The position numbers were made by a program, and so were the translations under genes. A stretch of DNA of 63,788 bases, filler included, from Myxococcota bacterium (GTDB taxonomy: Bacteria > Myxococcota > Myxococcia > Myxococcales > Myxococcaceae): assembly GCA_049322255.1 (NCBI GenBank). It is 3 parts of 3 records of this genome, joined end to end, with 100 filler letters (N's around TTAATTAATTAA, not from the genome) between each part and the next. Parts side by side here need not be neighbours in the genome. Positions count along the whole stretch, not along the records: positions 23,455 to 46,723 come from JBMORE010000064.1; 2 more parts are not named here. One strand, given 5' to 3'. Of the stretch, positions 32,696 through 40,827 are shown piece by piece. Position 1 is the stretch's first letter; the number at the start of each line of letters is the position of its first letter. The notes beneath the pieces are model-generated. The model was not told where the DNA came from, ran no database searches, and was given only the letters and a program-made list of their open reading frames with translations.

Positions 32696-33625
32696 GTGGC
32701 CGAGATCAACACCATCGAGGTGCCGTCGCGCCGGTTCGGCAGGTACCGCGTCCTCTCGCGGCTGGGTGCGGGAGGGATGGCCGAGGTTTTTCTCGCCGAG
32801 GTGGTCGATGAGCAGGGCGACCAAGTCCACGTCGCCCTCAAGCTGATGCGTGAGGGGGTCACCGAAGAGGCCTTCGCCGACGAGGCAGATCTAATGGGCC
32901 TGCTCACCCACCCCAACTTGGTGCAGCGGCTGGAGGTGGGAGTCGCCTTCGGCCGTCCTTTCATCGCCATGGAGTACCTCATCGGCGGCGACTTGCGCGA
33001 GCTGATGGAGGCGCACAGCCGGGAGATGTCAGGCCTACCCACCGCCATGGGCGTTCACGTGGTGCTCGAGGTCTTGAAGGCCCTCGCCTACTTCCATCAG
33101 GCGAAGACCCGCACCGGTCAGGTGCTGGGGCTGGTGCACGGCGACGTCAACCCTTCCAACGTCTTCTTCTCAGGCCAGGGTGAGGTGAAGCTGGGCGACT
33201 TCGGGGTGGCCAAGAGCCGCGCCCTCACCATTGGCCCGGGCGACGGGGTGGCGGCGGGCAAGCTACACTACCTCTCGCCCGAGCAAACGCGCGGGGAGAT
33301 GCTCACCCCTGCCTCCGACTTGTTCAGCGTGGGGGTGATGCTTCACGAGTTGGTGGTGGGCTACCACCCTTTTCGTACCGAAGACCCCTCCCCCAAGGCG
33401 GTGATGGCCGCCATCCGCGCGGCTCGTTTGTCCCTGCCCGATTACCTGGAGAAGCCCCTGGTGCCGGTGCTGCAACGCTCCCTCGCGCCCGACACGCGGG
33501 TGCGCTACCGAACGGCGGGGGAGTTCGCTGGCGACCTCTTTCGTTACGCCCTCGATCACGACCTGTGCCAGTCGCAGAAGGACGTTCAGGGCTGGCTCGA
33601 GGGGATGTTGGGCCTGGTCGTTTAG
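32696..33625 (+). CDS. Ser/Thr kinase (kinase domain only)
   Basis: GAGGMAEV, VALK, HGDVNPSN, DFG, YLSPEQ; start approximate. Confidence 0.88.
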   Translation: MAEINTIEVPSRRFGRYRVLSRLGAGGMAEVFLAEVVDEQGDQVHVALKLMREGVTEEAFADEADLMGLLTHPNLVQRLEVGVAFGRPFIAMEYLIGGDLRELMEAHSREMSGLPTAMGVHVVLEVLKALAYFHQAKTRTGQVLGLVHGDVNPSNVFFSGQGEVKLGDFGVAKSRALTIGPGDGVAAGKLHYLSPEQTRGEMLTPASDLFSVGVMLHELVVGYHPFRTEDPSPKAVMAAIRAARLSLPDYLEKPLVPVLQRSLAPDTRVRYRTAGEFAGDLFRYALDHDLCQSQKDVQGWLEGMLGLVV

Positions 33626-33683
33626 AGCCGTGGCCCGCTTGACCGCCTGCTTCGCCATGGGCTAAAAACATACCTCGTTAGTT

Positions 33684-33702
33684 GATAACGATTCTCATTA
33701 TC
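33684..33702. promoter_or_regulatory. Fur box
   Basis: GATAACGATTCTCATTATC matches the consensus GATAATGATAATCATTATC at 16/19, in an AT-rich promoter 23 nt upstream of the ATG. Confidence 0.85.
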
Positions 33703-33725
33703 TTTTTCACACAAAGGAGCCGCCC

Positions 33726-35162
33726 ATGCGACGCGCAACCCGGGGATGGTGGGGTTTGGCACTTCTTTCGGTGGCCTGCGGGCCGGCGGGAGGTCCAACG
33801 CCGCCGAATGAAGTGCCCAGCAGCTATTCCTTCCTCAGCCGCGCGGGGGATGGGCAAAGCAGCGTGGCGTACACCGGGCAGACCTTCCGCCATGTGCTGA
33901 TCGGCGAGATGAAGAGCTACCTGGGCAAGCTGACCGCCCGCATCGACAACGGTTTTGTACCCGCGACGGGGGACGTGGCAGCGGAGCTCGACTTCTACTA
34001 CGCCTTCGACGCAGCCACTTCGGGCGACGTGGAGATGGCCCTTACCTCGGGCTTCGCGGCGAAACAGAAGCTCTTCAAGGAGCTGTCCGCCAGCGGCGCC
34101 AAGCTCTCCGACAAAATCGCCGGTAAAGACCCCGTGGGCCAACACAAGGAGTGGGCGAACGGCCTCCGCGGCTGGAACGGCGCTTCCTCCCCTGAGGCGT
34201 TGGTTCGCACCTGGTTCACCCAGCTCGACCAGCTGGCGGTGGACCGAGCCAATGGAATCGTTCCACTCGACCCTTCTGGGGCGCCCATCGGTGCCGTGCA
34301 CGTGACCGCCGAAGGCCACGACTTGCGCGAGCTGCTCCAGAAATTTCTCGACGGCGCGGTGGGGTACTCGCAAGGCGCCGACGACTACCTCGATGACGAC
34401 TTGCCGGAGAAGGGCCTGAACTCCGACCACCGTCAGCTGCTGGCGGGAAAGCCGTACACCGAGCTGGAGCACACTTGGGACGAGGGCTTCGGCTACTTCG
34501 GGGCGGCGCGGGACTTCGCCGACTACACCGCCGAAGAGGCGAGCGCGGCCGGCGGGCGTACCGAGTACGCCAAGGGCCATCACGACACCGATGGCGATGG
34601 GCTGATCGACCTCACCAGTGAATACAACTTCGGGCACGTGGTGGCCGCGGCCAAGCGCGACCGCACCAGCGCGGCGAGCGCCAAGACCGACTTCGCCCGC
34701 GAGGCGTTCAAGGCGTTCCTCGCCGGGCGGTACCTGCTCGCCACCACGCACGGGGAGCTGACCGTGGCGCAAAAGGCAGAGCTTCGGGGCTACCGCGACG
34801 GCGCACTCTCCAACTGGGAGAAGGGCGTGGCCGCCAGCACCGTGCACTACATCAATCAGGTGCTGCAGGACATGGAGCGCTTTGGCACGACCGAGTACAA
34901 ATTCACCGACCACGCCAAGCATTGGTCGGAGCTCAAGGCCTTCGCGCTCTCCTTGCAGTTCAACCGGCTCTCCAAGCTCAAAGAGGCGCAGCTCGACGAG
35001 CTGCACGCGAAGGTCGGACAGGCGCCGGTGCTCGCCAACCGCTCCACCGCGGACATCGAGTCGTACAAGACCGCTCTTCGGCAGGCGAAGGGTCTGCTCG
35101 GGCAGGTGTACGGCTTCGACCCCGCCAATGTGGGCGACGACTTGGGCGTCAACGGCTGGTGA
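33726..35162 (+). CDS. DUF4856-like lipoprotein
   Basis: Lipobox SVAC, SSVAYTGQ, EHTWDEGFGYFG, VHYIN, HWSE..AF. Confidence 0.78.
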   Translation: MRRATRGWWGLALLSVACGPAGGPTPPNEVPSSYSFLSRAGDGQSSVAYTGQTFRHVLIGEMKSYLGKLTARIDNGFVPATGDVAAELDFYYAFDAATSGDVEMALTSGFAAKQKLFKELSASGAKLSDKIAGKDPVGQHKEWANGLRGWNGASSPEALVRTWFTQLDQLAVDRANGIVPLDPSGAPIGAVHVTAEGHDLRELLQKFLDGAVGYSQGADDYLDDDLPEKGLNSDHRQLLAGKPYTELEHTWDEGFGYFGAARDFADYTAEEASAAGGRTEYAKGHHDTDGDGLIDLTSEYNFGHVVAAAKRDRTSAASAKTDFAREAFKAFLAGRYLLATTHGELTVAQKAELRGYRDGALSNWEKGVAASTVHYINQVLQDMERFGTTEYKFTDHAKHWSELKAFALSLQFNRLSKLKEAQLDELHAKVGQAPVLANRSTADIESYKTALRQAKGLLGQVYGFDPANVGDDLGVNGW

Positions 35163-36346
35163 GAGGCCACCTTTCCATCGCCGCGGGCCTTTTGCTTTCG
35201 CTCGGTTGCAGCGGAAGGCCTGGTGCGCCTGACGACGGGTTCGACCGTCAGGGGCTGGTGGCGAGCCTGGGCGAGCAGGTGGTGCTGCCCGCGCTGCGCG
35301 AGGTGCGTGCCGCCGCCGAGGAGCTGAAAGGGAAGACTGCCGCGCATCTGGCAGCAGGGGGGATTTCGAGCGCGGAGCACGAGGCAGCCCGCACGGCGTG
35401 GAAGAAGGTGATGACCGCTGTTCAGCGCGCCGAGGTGATGCAGGTCGGTCCAGCGGCCACCTCGATGCGCACCGGAGGACTGGCTCTGCGCGACGAGCTG
35501 TACTCCTGGCCAGACGCGGTGAACCCTTGCCGGGTGGACCAGGAGCTGGTCGCCAACCAGTTCCGCACCCCTGGCTTCTTCGGCACCGTGCTGGTGAGCG
35601 CCTACGGGCTCGACGCCCTCGAGTACTTGCTCTTCGTCGACGGGCCCAACAACACCTGCCCTTCACAGGCGACCATCAATACCCAGGGCAGCTGGGCGAC
35701 GATTGGAGCTACCGAGCTGGCACGGCGGCGGGCCGACTATGCCGACGCGGTAGCCGAACGCGTGGCGACCGATGCCGCCCGCCTGGTGGAGGCGTGGGAA
35801 CCGTCCGGAGGCGACTTCCTCGGCGAGCTGCAGCGCGCTGGCCAGGCAGGCGCCTCTTTCTCCAGCGCTCAGATGGCCGTCGACGACTTCTTCGCCGCCA
35901 TGCTCTACCTCGACCTCTTCGCCAAAGACCGCAAGCTGGCCGAGCCCGCGGGCATCTCGCCCCTGTGCGGCGCACCCTTTTGTCCACAGAAGGCTGAGTC
36001 GCGCTTCGCACGGCACTCGAAGGAGAACCTCCACGCCAACCTGAGCGGGTTTCAGGCGCTGCTCTTGGGCAACGCCCCTGACGAGCCTGAACGGGTGGGG
36101 TTCGACGACTTCCTCACCGCCCGCGGGGCCCCCGAGTTGGCCACTCAGTTGGCGGAGGAAACCACCAGCGCCCTTTTGGCCGTGGACGCCCTCGCGCCCT
36201 CGCTCGAAGAAGCGCTGGTGTCCGACCTACCGCTGGTGCAGACGGCGCACACGGCGGTGAAGCGGCTCACTGATTTGCTCAAGAGCCAGTTCGTCACCGT
36301 GCTCAATCTCCAAGTTCCCGATGAAGGCGCTTCCGACAATGACTGA
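35159..36346 (+). CDS. Imelysin (M75-like) iron-regulated lipoprotein
   Basis: Lipobox SLGC, AARTAW, GPA, YSWP, GLDALEYLLF, KLAEP, ESRFA; GTGA overlap. Confidence 0.85.
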   Translation: MRGHLSIAAGLLLSLGCSGRPGAPDDGFDRQGLVASLGEQVVLPALREVRAAAEELKGKTAAHLAAGGISSAEHEAARTAWKKVMTAVQRAEVMQVGPAATSMRTGGLALRDELYSWPDAVNPCRVDQELVANQFRTPGFFGTVLVSAYGLDALEYLLFVDGPNNTCPSQATINTQGSWATIGATELARRRADYADAVAERVATDAARLVEAWEPSGGDFLGELQRAGQAGASFSSAQMAVDDFFAAMLYLDLFAKDRKLAEPAGISPLCGAPFCPQKAESRFARHSKENLHANLSGFQALLLGNAPDEPERVGFDDFLTARGAPELATQLAEETTSALLAVDALAPSLEEALVSDLPLVQTAHTAVKRLTDLLKSQFVTVLNLQVPDEGASDND

Positions 36347-37715
36347 CCCCCTCTCCTTCTGGGCAAGGGTGAAGGGCAACGTCCTCCACCGGGAGGTCGA
36401 CCTCGCCTCCTTGGCTGCCTTGCGCATTCTCTTCGGGCTCTTGCTGGCCGCCGGGCAACTGCGCTTTCTCACCTCCGGCTGGGTGCGGACGCAATTTGTC
36501 GCCCCGCGTTTTTTCTTCAAATTCTACGGCTTCGAATGGGTGCAGCCGTGGAGCGAGCCCCTCCTCTACTTGCACGTCGGCGTGCTCATCGCGCTGGCGC
36601 TCTGTCTGGCGGCGGGCTTTTTCCACCGGGTGGCGGCGGCGCTGTTCGCCGTGGGCTTTGCCTACTTGCAGCTCCTCGACGTCACCAACTACTTGAACCA
36701 CTACTACTTCGTGGTGCTGCTCGCCGGGCTCTTCGCGTTCCTGCCCGCCAGCGGTCTGTGGTCGGTGGACGCGTGGCGAAACCCCTCCCTCCGGCGTGAA
36801 CGCGCACCCGGGTGGATGCTCTCCCTGGTGCGCTTCCAGGTGGCGGTGGTGTACGTGAATGCGGGGCTGGCGAAGGCGACCAGCGATTGGCTGATTCACG
36901 CCCAGCCCTTGGGCATCTGGCTGGGAGCGCGCACCGAAACGCCTCTCATCGGCCCTTTGCTCGCGCAGAGCTGGGCGCCGCACGCCTTTGCCTGGGCGGG
37001 CTTTCTCTTCGACACCACCATCGTGGGCTTCTTGCTGTGGAAAAAAGCGCGCCCCTTCGCCTACGCGGTGGTGCTCGTCTTCCACGCCCTCACCCACCTG
37101 TTCTTCAACATCGGAATGTTCCCCTTCATCATGGTGGTGGCGGCCACGGTGATGTTCGACCCCAGCTGGCCGCGCCGGTGGCTCCGCAGCACACCCCCGG
37201 CCCTGCCGACGGCGGCGAAGCCTCTGTCGCGCTGGGCAGCGCTCCTCCTCGGAGCCTTCTGCCTCTTCCAGGTGCTCTTCCCGCTGCGGCACTTCGTCTA
37301 CCCGGGCGATGTGCTGTGGAACGAGGAGGGCATGCGCTTTTCCTGGAAGGTGATGGTGCGCGAGAAGAACGGCAGCGTCACCTTCCACGTCACCGACCCC
37401 CACAGCGGCCGCCGCTTCCAGGTGAGCCCTTCGCAGTACCTCCTACCCCGCCAGGCGAACGAGATGTCGTCGCAGCCGGACCTCATCCTCCAGCTCGCCC
37501 ATCACATCGCCGCCGACTTTCGGGAGCGCGGCTTCGCCGACGTCGAAGTGCGCGCGGAGGCCTGGGTGTCGCTCAACGGCCGGCCGCCGGCGCTGCTCAT
37601 CGACCCCACGGTCGACCTGGCCAAGGAGCGAGACGGGCTTGGGCCCAAACACTGGACTCTGCCCGCCCCCGTCACTCCGCCGGTGCGGGCCGCGCTGGTG
37701 GCGAAGGCGCGATGA
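36339..37715 (+). CDS. HTTM domain / vitamin K-dependent gamma-carboxylase-like membrane protein
   Basis: SLAALRILFG, YLNHYY, VVYVNAGLAK..DW, IGMFP, EEGMRFSWKVM, VSLNGR, LIDPTVDL. Confidence 0.88.
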   Translation: MTDPLSFWARVKGNVLHREVDLASLAALRILFGLLLAAGQLRFLTSGWVRTQFVAPRFFFKFYGFEWVQPWSEPLLYLHVGVLIALALCLAAGFFHRVAAALFAVGFAYLQLLDVTNYLNHYYFVVLLAGLFAFLPASGLWSVDAWRNPSLRRERAPGWMLSLVRFQVAVVYVNAGLAKATSDWLIHAQPLGIWLGARTETPLIGPLLAQSWAPHAFAWAGFLFDTTIVGFLLWKKARPFAYAVVLVFHALTHLFFNIGMFPFIMVVAATVMFDPSWPRRWLRSTPPALPTAAKPLSRWAALLLGAFCLFQVLFPLRHFVYPGDVLWNEEGMRFSWKVMVREKNGSVTFHVTDPHSGRRFQVSPSQYLLPRQANEMSSQPDLILQLAHHIAADFRERGFADVEVRAEAWVSLNGRPPALLIDPTVDLAKERDGLGPKHWTLPAPVTPPVRAALVAKAR

Positions 37716-40063
37716 GGCTCTGGGCGCTGGCGCTCGCTTTCGCTCCGCTCGTCGCCCACGCGGAGGACGGCGGGGCTCTTCTCTCTTCCGACGGTGGAGC
37801 AGCCGTCGAGCTCGAGGGCGAAGTGGGGCACGCAGACGGCGGCGAAGCATTGGACGCCGCAGCCATCGAGCTCGAGGGCGAGGGGGTGCACGCTGACGGC
37901 GGAGAAGCGCCAGATGTCGCCCCTCACCCCAGCCCTCTCCCGGAGGGAGAGGGGCGCGGCGTGCAGCGGGAGACGGTGGTCACCTCCGAGCGCGTCGTCG
38001 ACGTGCGGCGCGTGGCGGGCTCGGCACACGTCTTGGGCAAAGAGGAGCTCGAGCGGCACGAATACGACGACGTGCACCGCCTCTTGCAGACCGTGCCCGG
38101 CGTCTATTTGCGCGACGAGGAAGGCTACGGCCTGCGCCCCAACATCGGCTTGCGCGGGGCCAGCTCCGACAGGAGCAGCAAGGTCACCTTGATGGAGGAC
38201 GGGGTGCTCTTCGGACCGGCGCCCTACTCCGCCCCCGCCACCTACTATTTTCCCCTCGTCACCCGCATGGTCGGCGCCGAGGTTTACAAGGGTCCGGCTT
38301 CGATTCGCTTCGGCCCCAACACCATCGGCGGCGCGCTCAACTTCCGCACCCGCGAGGTTCCGCCTGCGGGGAGAGTGGGCGAGCTCGACCTCGCCGCCGG
38401 CACTTACCGGAGCGCCAAGGCCCACGGGCTCTTCGGTTACGGAGGCGAGCGCTGGGGAGTGCTCCTCGAGGGCGTGCACTTAGGCAGCGGCGGCTTCAAA
38501 GAGCTCGACGGCGGCGGCCCTACCGGTTTTGCCAAGAACGAGGCGATGGCCAAGCTGCGCTACCGCGTGCCGCTAGGCGAGGAAGGCGAAGTCTCCACCG
38601 AGCTCAAGCTGCAGTGGGCCGACGAGCTTTCCGACGAAACCTACTTGGGGCTGTCGGCCCCCGATTTCGCCGCCAACTCGCTGCGCCGCTACGCCGCCAG
38701 CCAGAACGATCAGATGAGCTGGCGTCGCTTGGGCGGAGAGCTGCACCAGCGGCTCTCGGTGGGCACCTTCGACCTCCACGCCGTCGCCTATCGCCATCAG
38801 CTGGTACGCACGTGGAGGAAGCTCGACCGCTTTCGCCGTGGCCCCGACCTGCGAGAGCTCCTCGCCTACCCCGACGGCGGCCAAGCCGCGGTGTGGATGT
38901 CTCTCTTGCGAGGCGAGGAGGACTCCGCCAACGAAGATCAGAGTCTGATGCTGGGCACCAACGCCCGCGCCTTCGTCTCCCAAGGGGTGCAGCTTTCCGG
39001 CCGCTGGCGGGGTGAGCACGGCTCCTTCTCTCAGCAGGTGGAGCTGGGCGCGCGCCTCCACCACGACGAGGTGATTCGCCACCACTACGAAGACGGCTTC
39101 GCCATGCTGCGAGGACAGCTGGTGCCCGATGGCCAAGCCACGGTGGACACTGCCCGCAGCACCGGCTTCACCCGCGCGCTGGCCTTCTATGCTCAAGACG
39201 AGCTGTCCTACGGAGGGTGGCTCCTCGTCCCCGGGGTGCGCGTCGAGCGCATCGACACCGCTCTGAGCAACCACCTCACCGGGTCTTTCAGCGCCGGGCG
39301 CGACGTGGTGCTCTTGCCCGGAGTGGGGCTGGTGCGCCAGCTGGGGCAGCACGTGAGCCTTTTTTCCGGTGCGCATCAGGGCTTCTCCCCCGTGTCTCCC
39401 GGGCAGCCGCCGGAGGTAGAGCCGGAGAAGAGCTGGAACTATGAGGCGGGGGTGCGCCTGCGCACACGGCCGCTCAAGGCCGAGCTGGTTGGTTTTCTCA
39501 ACGACTACTTCAACCTCACCGGCGAGTGCACCCTCTCCGCAGGCTGTGACGAGGCGAGCTTGAACCGCCAGTACAACGGAGGCGCGGTGCGGGTGTACGG
39601 CGCCGAGGCGGCCGCGTCGGCCAAGCTTGGGGACGTGCTGGGAGTGGCGCTGCACCTCGACGCCGCGTACACCTTGACCCTCTCCGAGTTCCTCACCAGC
39701 TTCGTCTCCGAGGCACCTCAGTTTGGCCGGGTGCAGGCCGGTGACCAGCTGCCCTACGTTCCGGTACACCAAGCCACGACATCGGTGCGGGCAATGGCCG
39801 CATCGTGGGTGGTGGCGCTGACGGCGACCTACGTGAGCGAGATGCGCGAGGTAGCGGGGAGCGGGCCGATTCCCCCCGCCGAGCACGCCCAAGCCCATCT
39901 GGTGCTCGACTTCGCCGCCCACCGCACCGTGGGCGACTTCAGCGAGCTCTATCTCACGGTGAACAACCTCACCGACGCACGCTACATCGGCGCACATCGG
40001 CCCTACGGCGCACGCCCAGGAGCGCCGCTGAGCGGCTTTTTGGGCTTCAAGCACCGCTTCTGA
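37712..40063 (+). CDS. TonB-dependent receptor (FecA-like)
   Basis: Signal peptide; plug VPGVYLRDEEGYGLRPNIGLRG, KGPASIRFGP; PEKSWNYEAG; NNLTD; terminal Phe. Confidence 0.93.
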   Translation: MRLWALALAFAPLVAHAEDGGALLSSDGGAAVELEGEVGHADGGEALDAAAIELEGEGVHADGGEAPDVAPHPSPLPEGEGRGVQRETVVTSERVVDVRRVAGSAHVLGKEELERHEYDDVHRLLQTVPGVYLRDEEGYGLRPNIGLRGASSDRSSKVTLMEDGVLFGPAPYSAPATYYFPLVTRMVGAEVYKGPASIRFGPNTIGGALNFRTREVPPAGRVGELDLAAGTYRSAKAHGLFGYGGERWGVLLEGVHLGSGGFKELDGGGPTGFAKNEAMAKLRYRVPLGEEGEVSTELKLQWADELSDETYLGLSAPDFAANSLRRYAASQNDQMSWRRLGGELHQRLSVGTFDLHAVAYRHQLVRTWRKLDRFRRGPDLRELLAYPDGGQAAVWMSLLRGEEDSANEDQSLMLGTNARAFVSQGVQLSGRWRGEHGSFSQQVELGARLHHDEVIRHHYEDGFAMLRGQLVPDGQATVDTARSTGFTRALAFYAQDELSYGGWLLVPGVRVERIDTALSNHLTGSFSAGRDVVLLPGVGLVRQLGQHVSLFSGAHQGFSPVSPGQPPEVEPEKSWNYEAGVRLRTRPLKAELVGFLNDYFNLTGECTLSAGCDEASLNRQYNGGAVRVYGAEAAASAKLGDVLGVALHLDAAYTLTLSEFLTSFVSEAPQFGRVQAGDQLPYVPVHQATTSVRAMAASWVVALTATYVSEMREVAGSGPIPPAEHAQAHLVLDFAAHRTVGDFSELYLTVNNLTDARYIGAHRPYGARPGAPLSGFLGFKHRF
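37799..37920 (+). repeat. 60-bp in-frame tandem duplication in the TonB receptor N-terminus
   Basis: 37801-37860 and 37861-37920 align; AVELEGEVGHADGGEALD / AIELEGEGVHADGGEAPD. Confidence 0.85.
37921..37953. repeat. REP-like palindromic element inside the CDS
   Basis: CCCTCACCCCAG-CCCTCTCCC-GGA-GGGAGAGGG with a perfect 9-bp stem; translates as PHPSPLPEGEG. Confidence 0.7.
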
Positions 40064-40234
40064 CTGTGCTCAAAGGTTCAACAACTGAGCCTTTCGGGTA
40101 TTCGCTTACCGCTGGGCAGCCGCGCATCGACTCAATTGATGAAGAATTGAGCACACGTACCGTGATGCTCGGGCGAGTTCCACGCAGGCGGCCGCCTTGT
40201 CTACGCCTGGAAGGTCTACTCCGCGTCTTCAAGA

Positions 40235-40789
40235 CTACCAAGTGCGCAGGTAGCGAAATCCGTCCGAATCCGCGCCGACGACGTACCCCATCGCGCCGAT
40301 GCTCCTGTCGTCATTCGTCCTCAAAAGGAACGCGGTAAAGGTAGCGTACGCGGCCTTGCCAACAAGCGACCCGGCCCACTCGAAAAGCCGACCGGGCGCA
40401 TGCTTGAGTCGCAACGAAGCGTCGTGAAGCAATGCAAGCACTGGGAGCGCGTCACGTTCATCGCCAACGCCCGACTGCAGCGCGTAACTCAACGCCGCCT
40501 CGCGCAGGATGGCCATGGAGCCCGTACGCACGGCGAAGGAGGCCATTCTCTCGGCAAACGCTAGGAGCGTGGCGCGGTGCTGTGGTGCCACGGAGGCGAC
40601 CATTGACGCGCGCAGCGCGCCATCGGCATCGGTATAGGCGACGAGGAGTTGTCGCACCACGTCATCGGGCCGTGCCGGCAACGGCATCGCACCGTACCCA
40701 CGAAAGTGTCGGTCGTCGAACGACGAAAGTACCTCGTGCCACGCCCGCGGCTCGAAGAAAGGTTCTTGCTCGTCGTGTCTGGCCTTCAC
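40235..40789 (-). CDS. Hypothetical protein (possible orphan immunity-type protein)
   Basis: 184-aa ORF just downstream of glmS with less biased codon usage; FAERMASFAVR, DERD, SIGAMGY...GFRY. Confidence 0.6.
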   Translation of the reverse strand: MKARHDEQEPFFEPRAWHEVLSSFDDRHFRGYGAMPLPARPDDVVRQLLVAYTDADGALRASMVASVAPQHRATLLAFAERMASFAVRTGSMAILREAALSYALQSGVGDERDALPVLALLHDASLRLKHAPGRLFEWAGSLVGKAAYATFTAFLLRTNDDRSIGAMGYVVGADSDGFRYLRTW

Positions 40790-40827
40790 GGTTTTCCGAG
40801 ATCGGCCGCGGGGGGTGTAATCACCGG

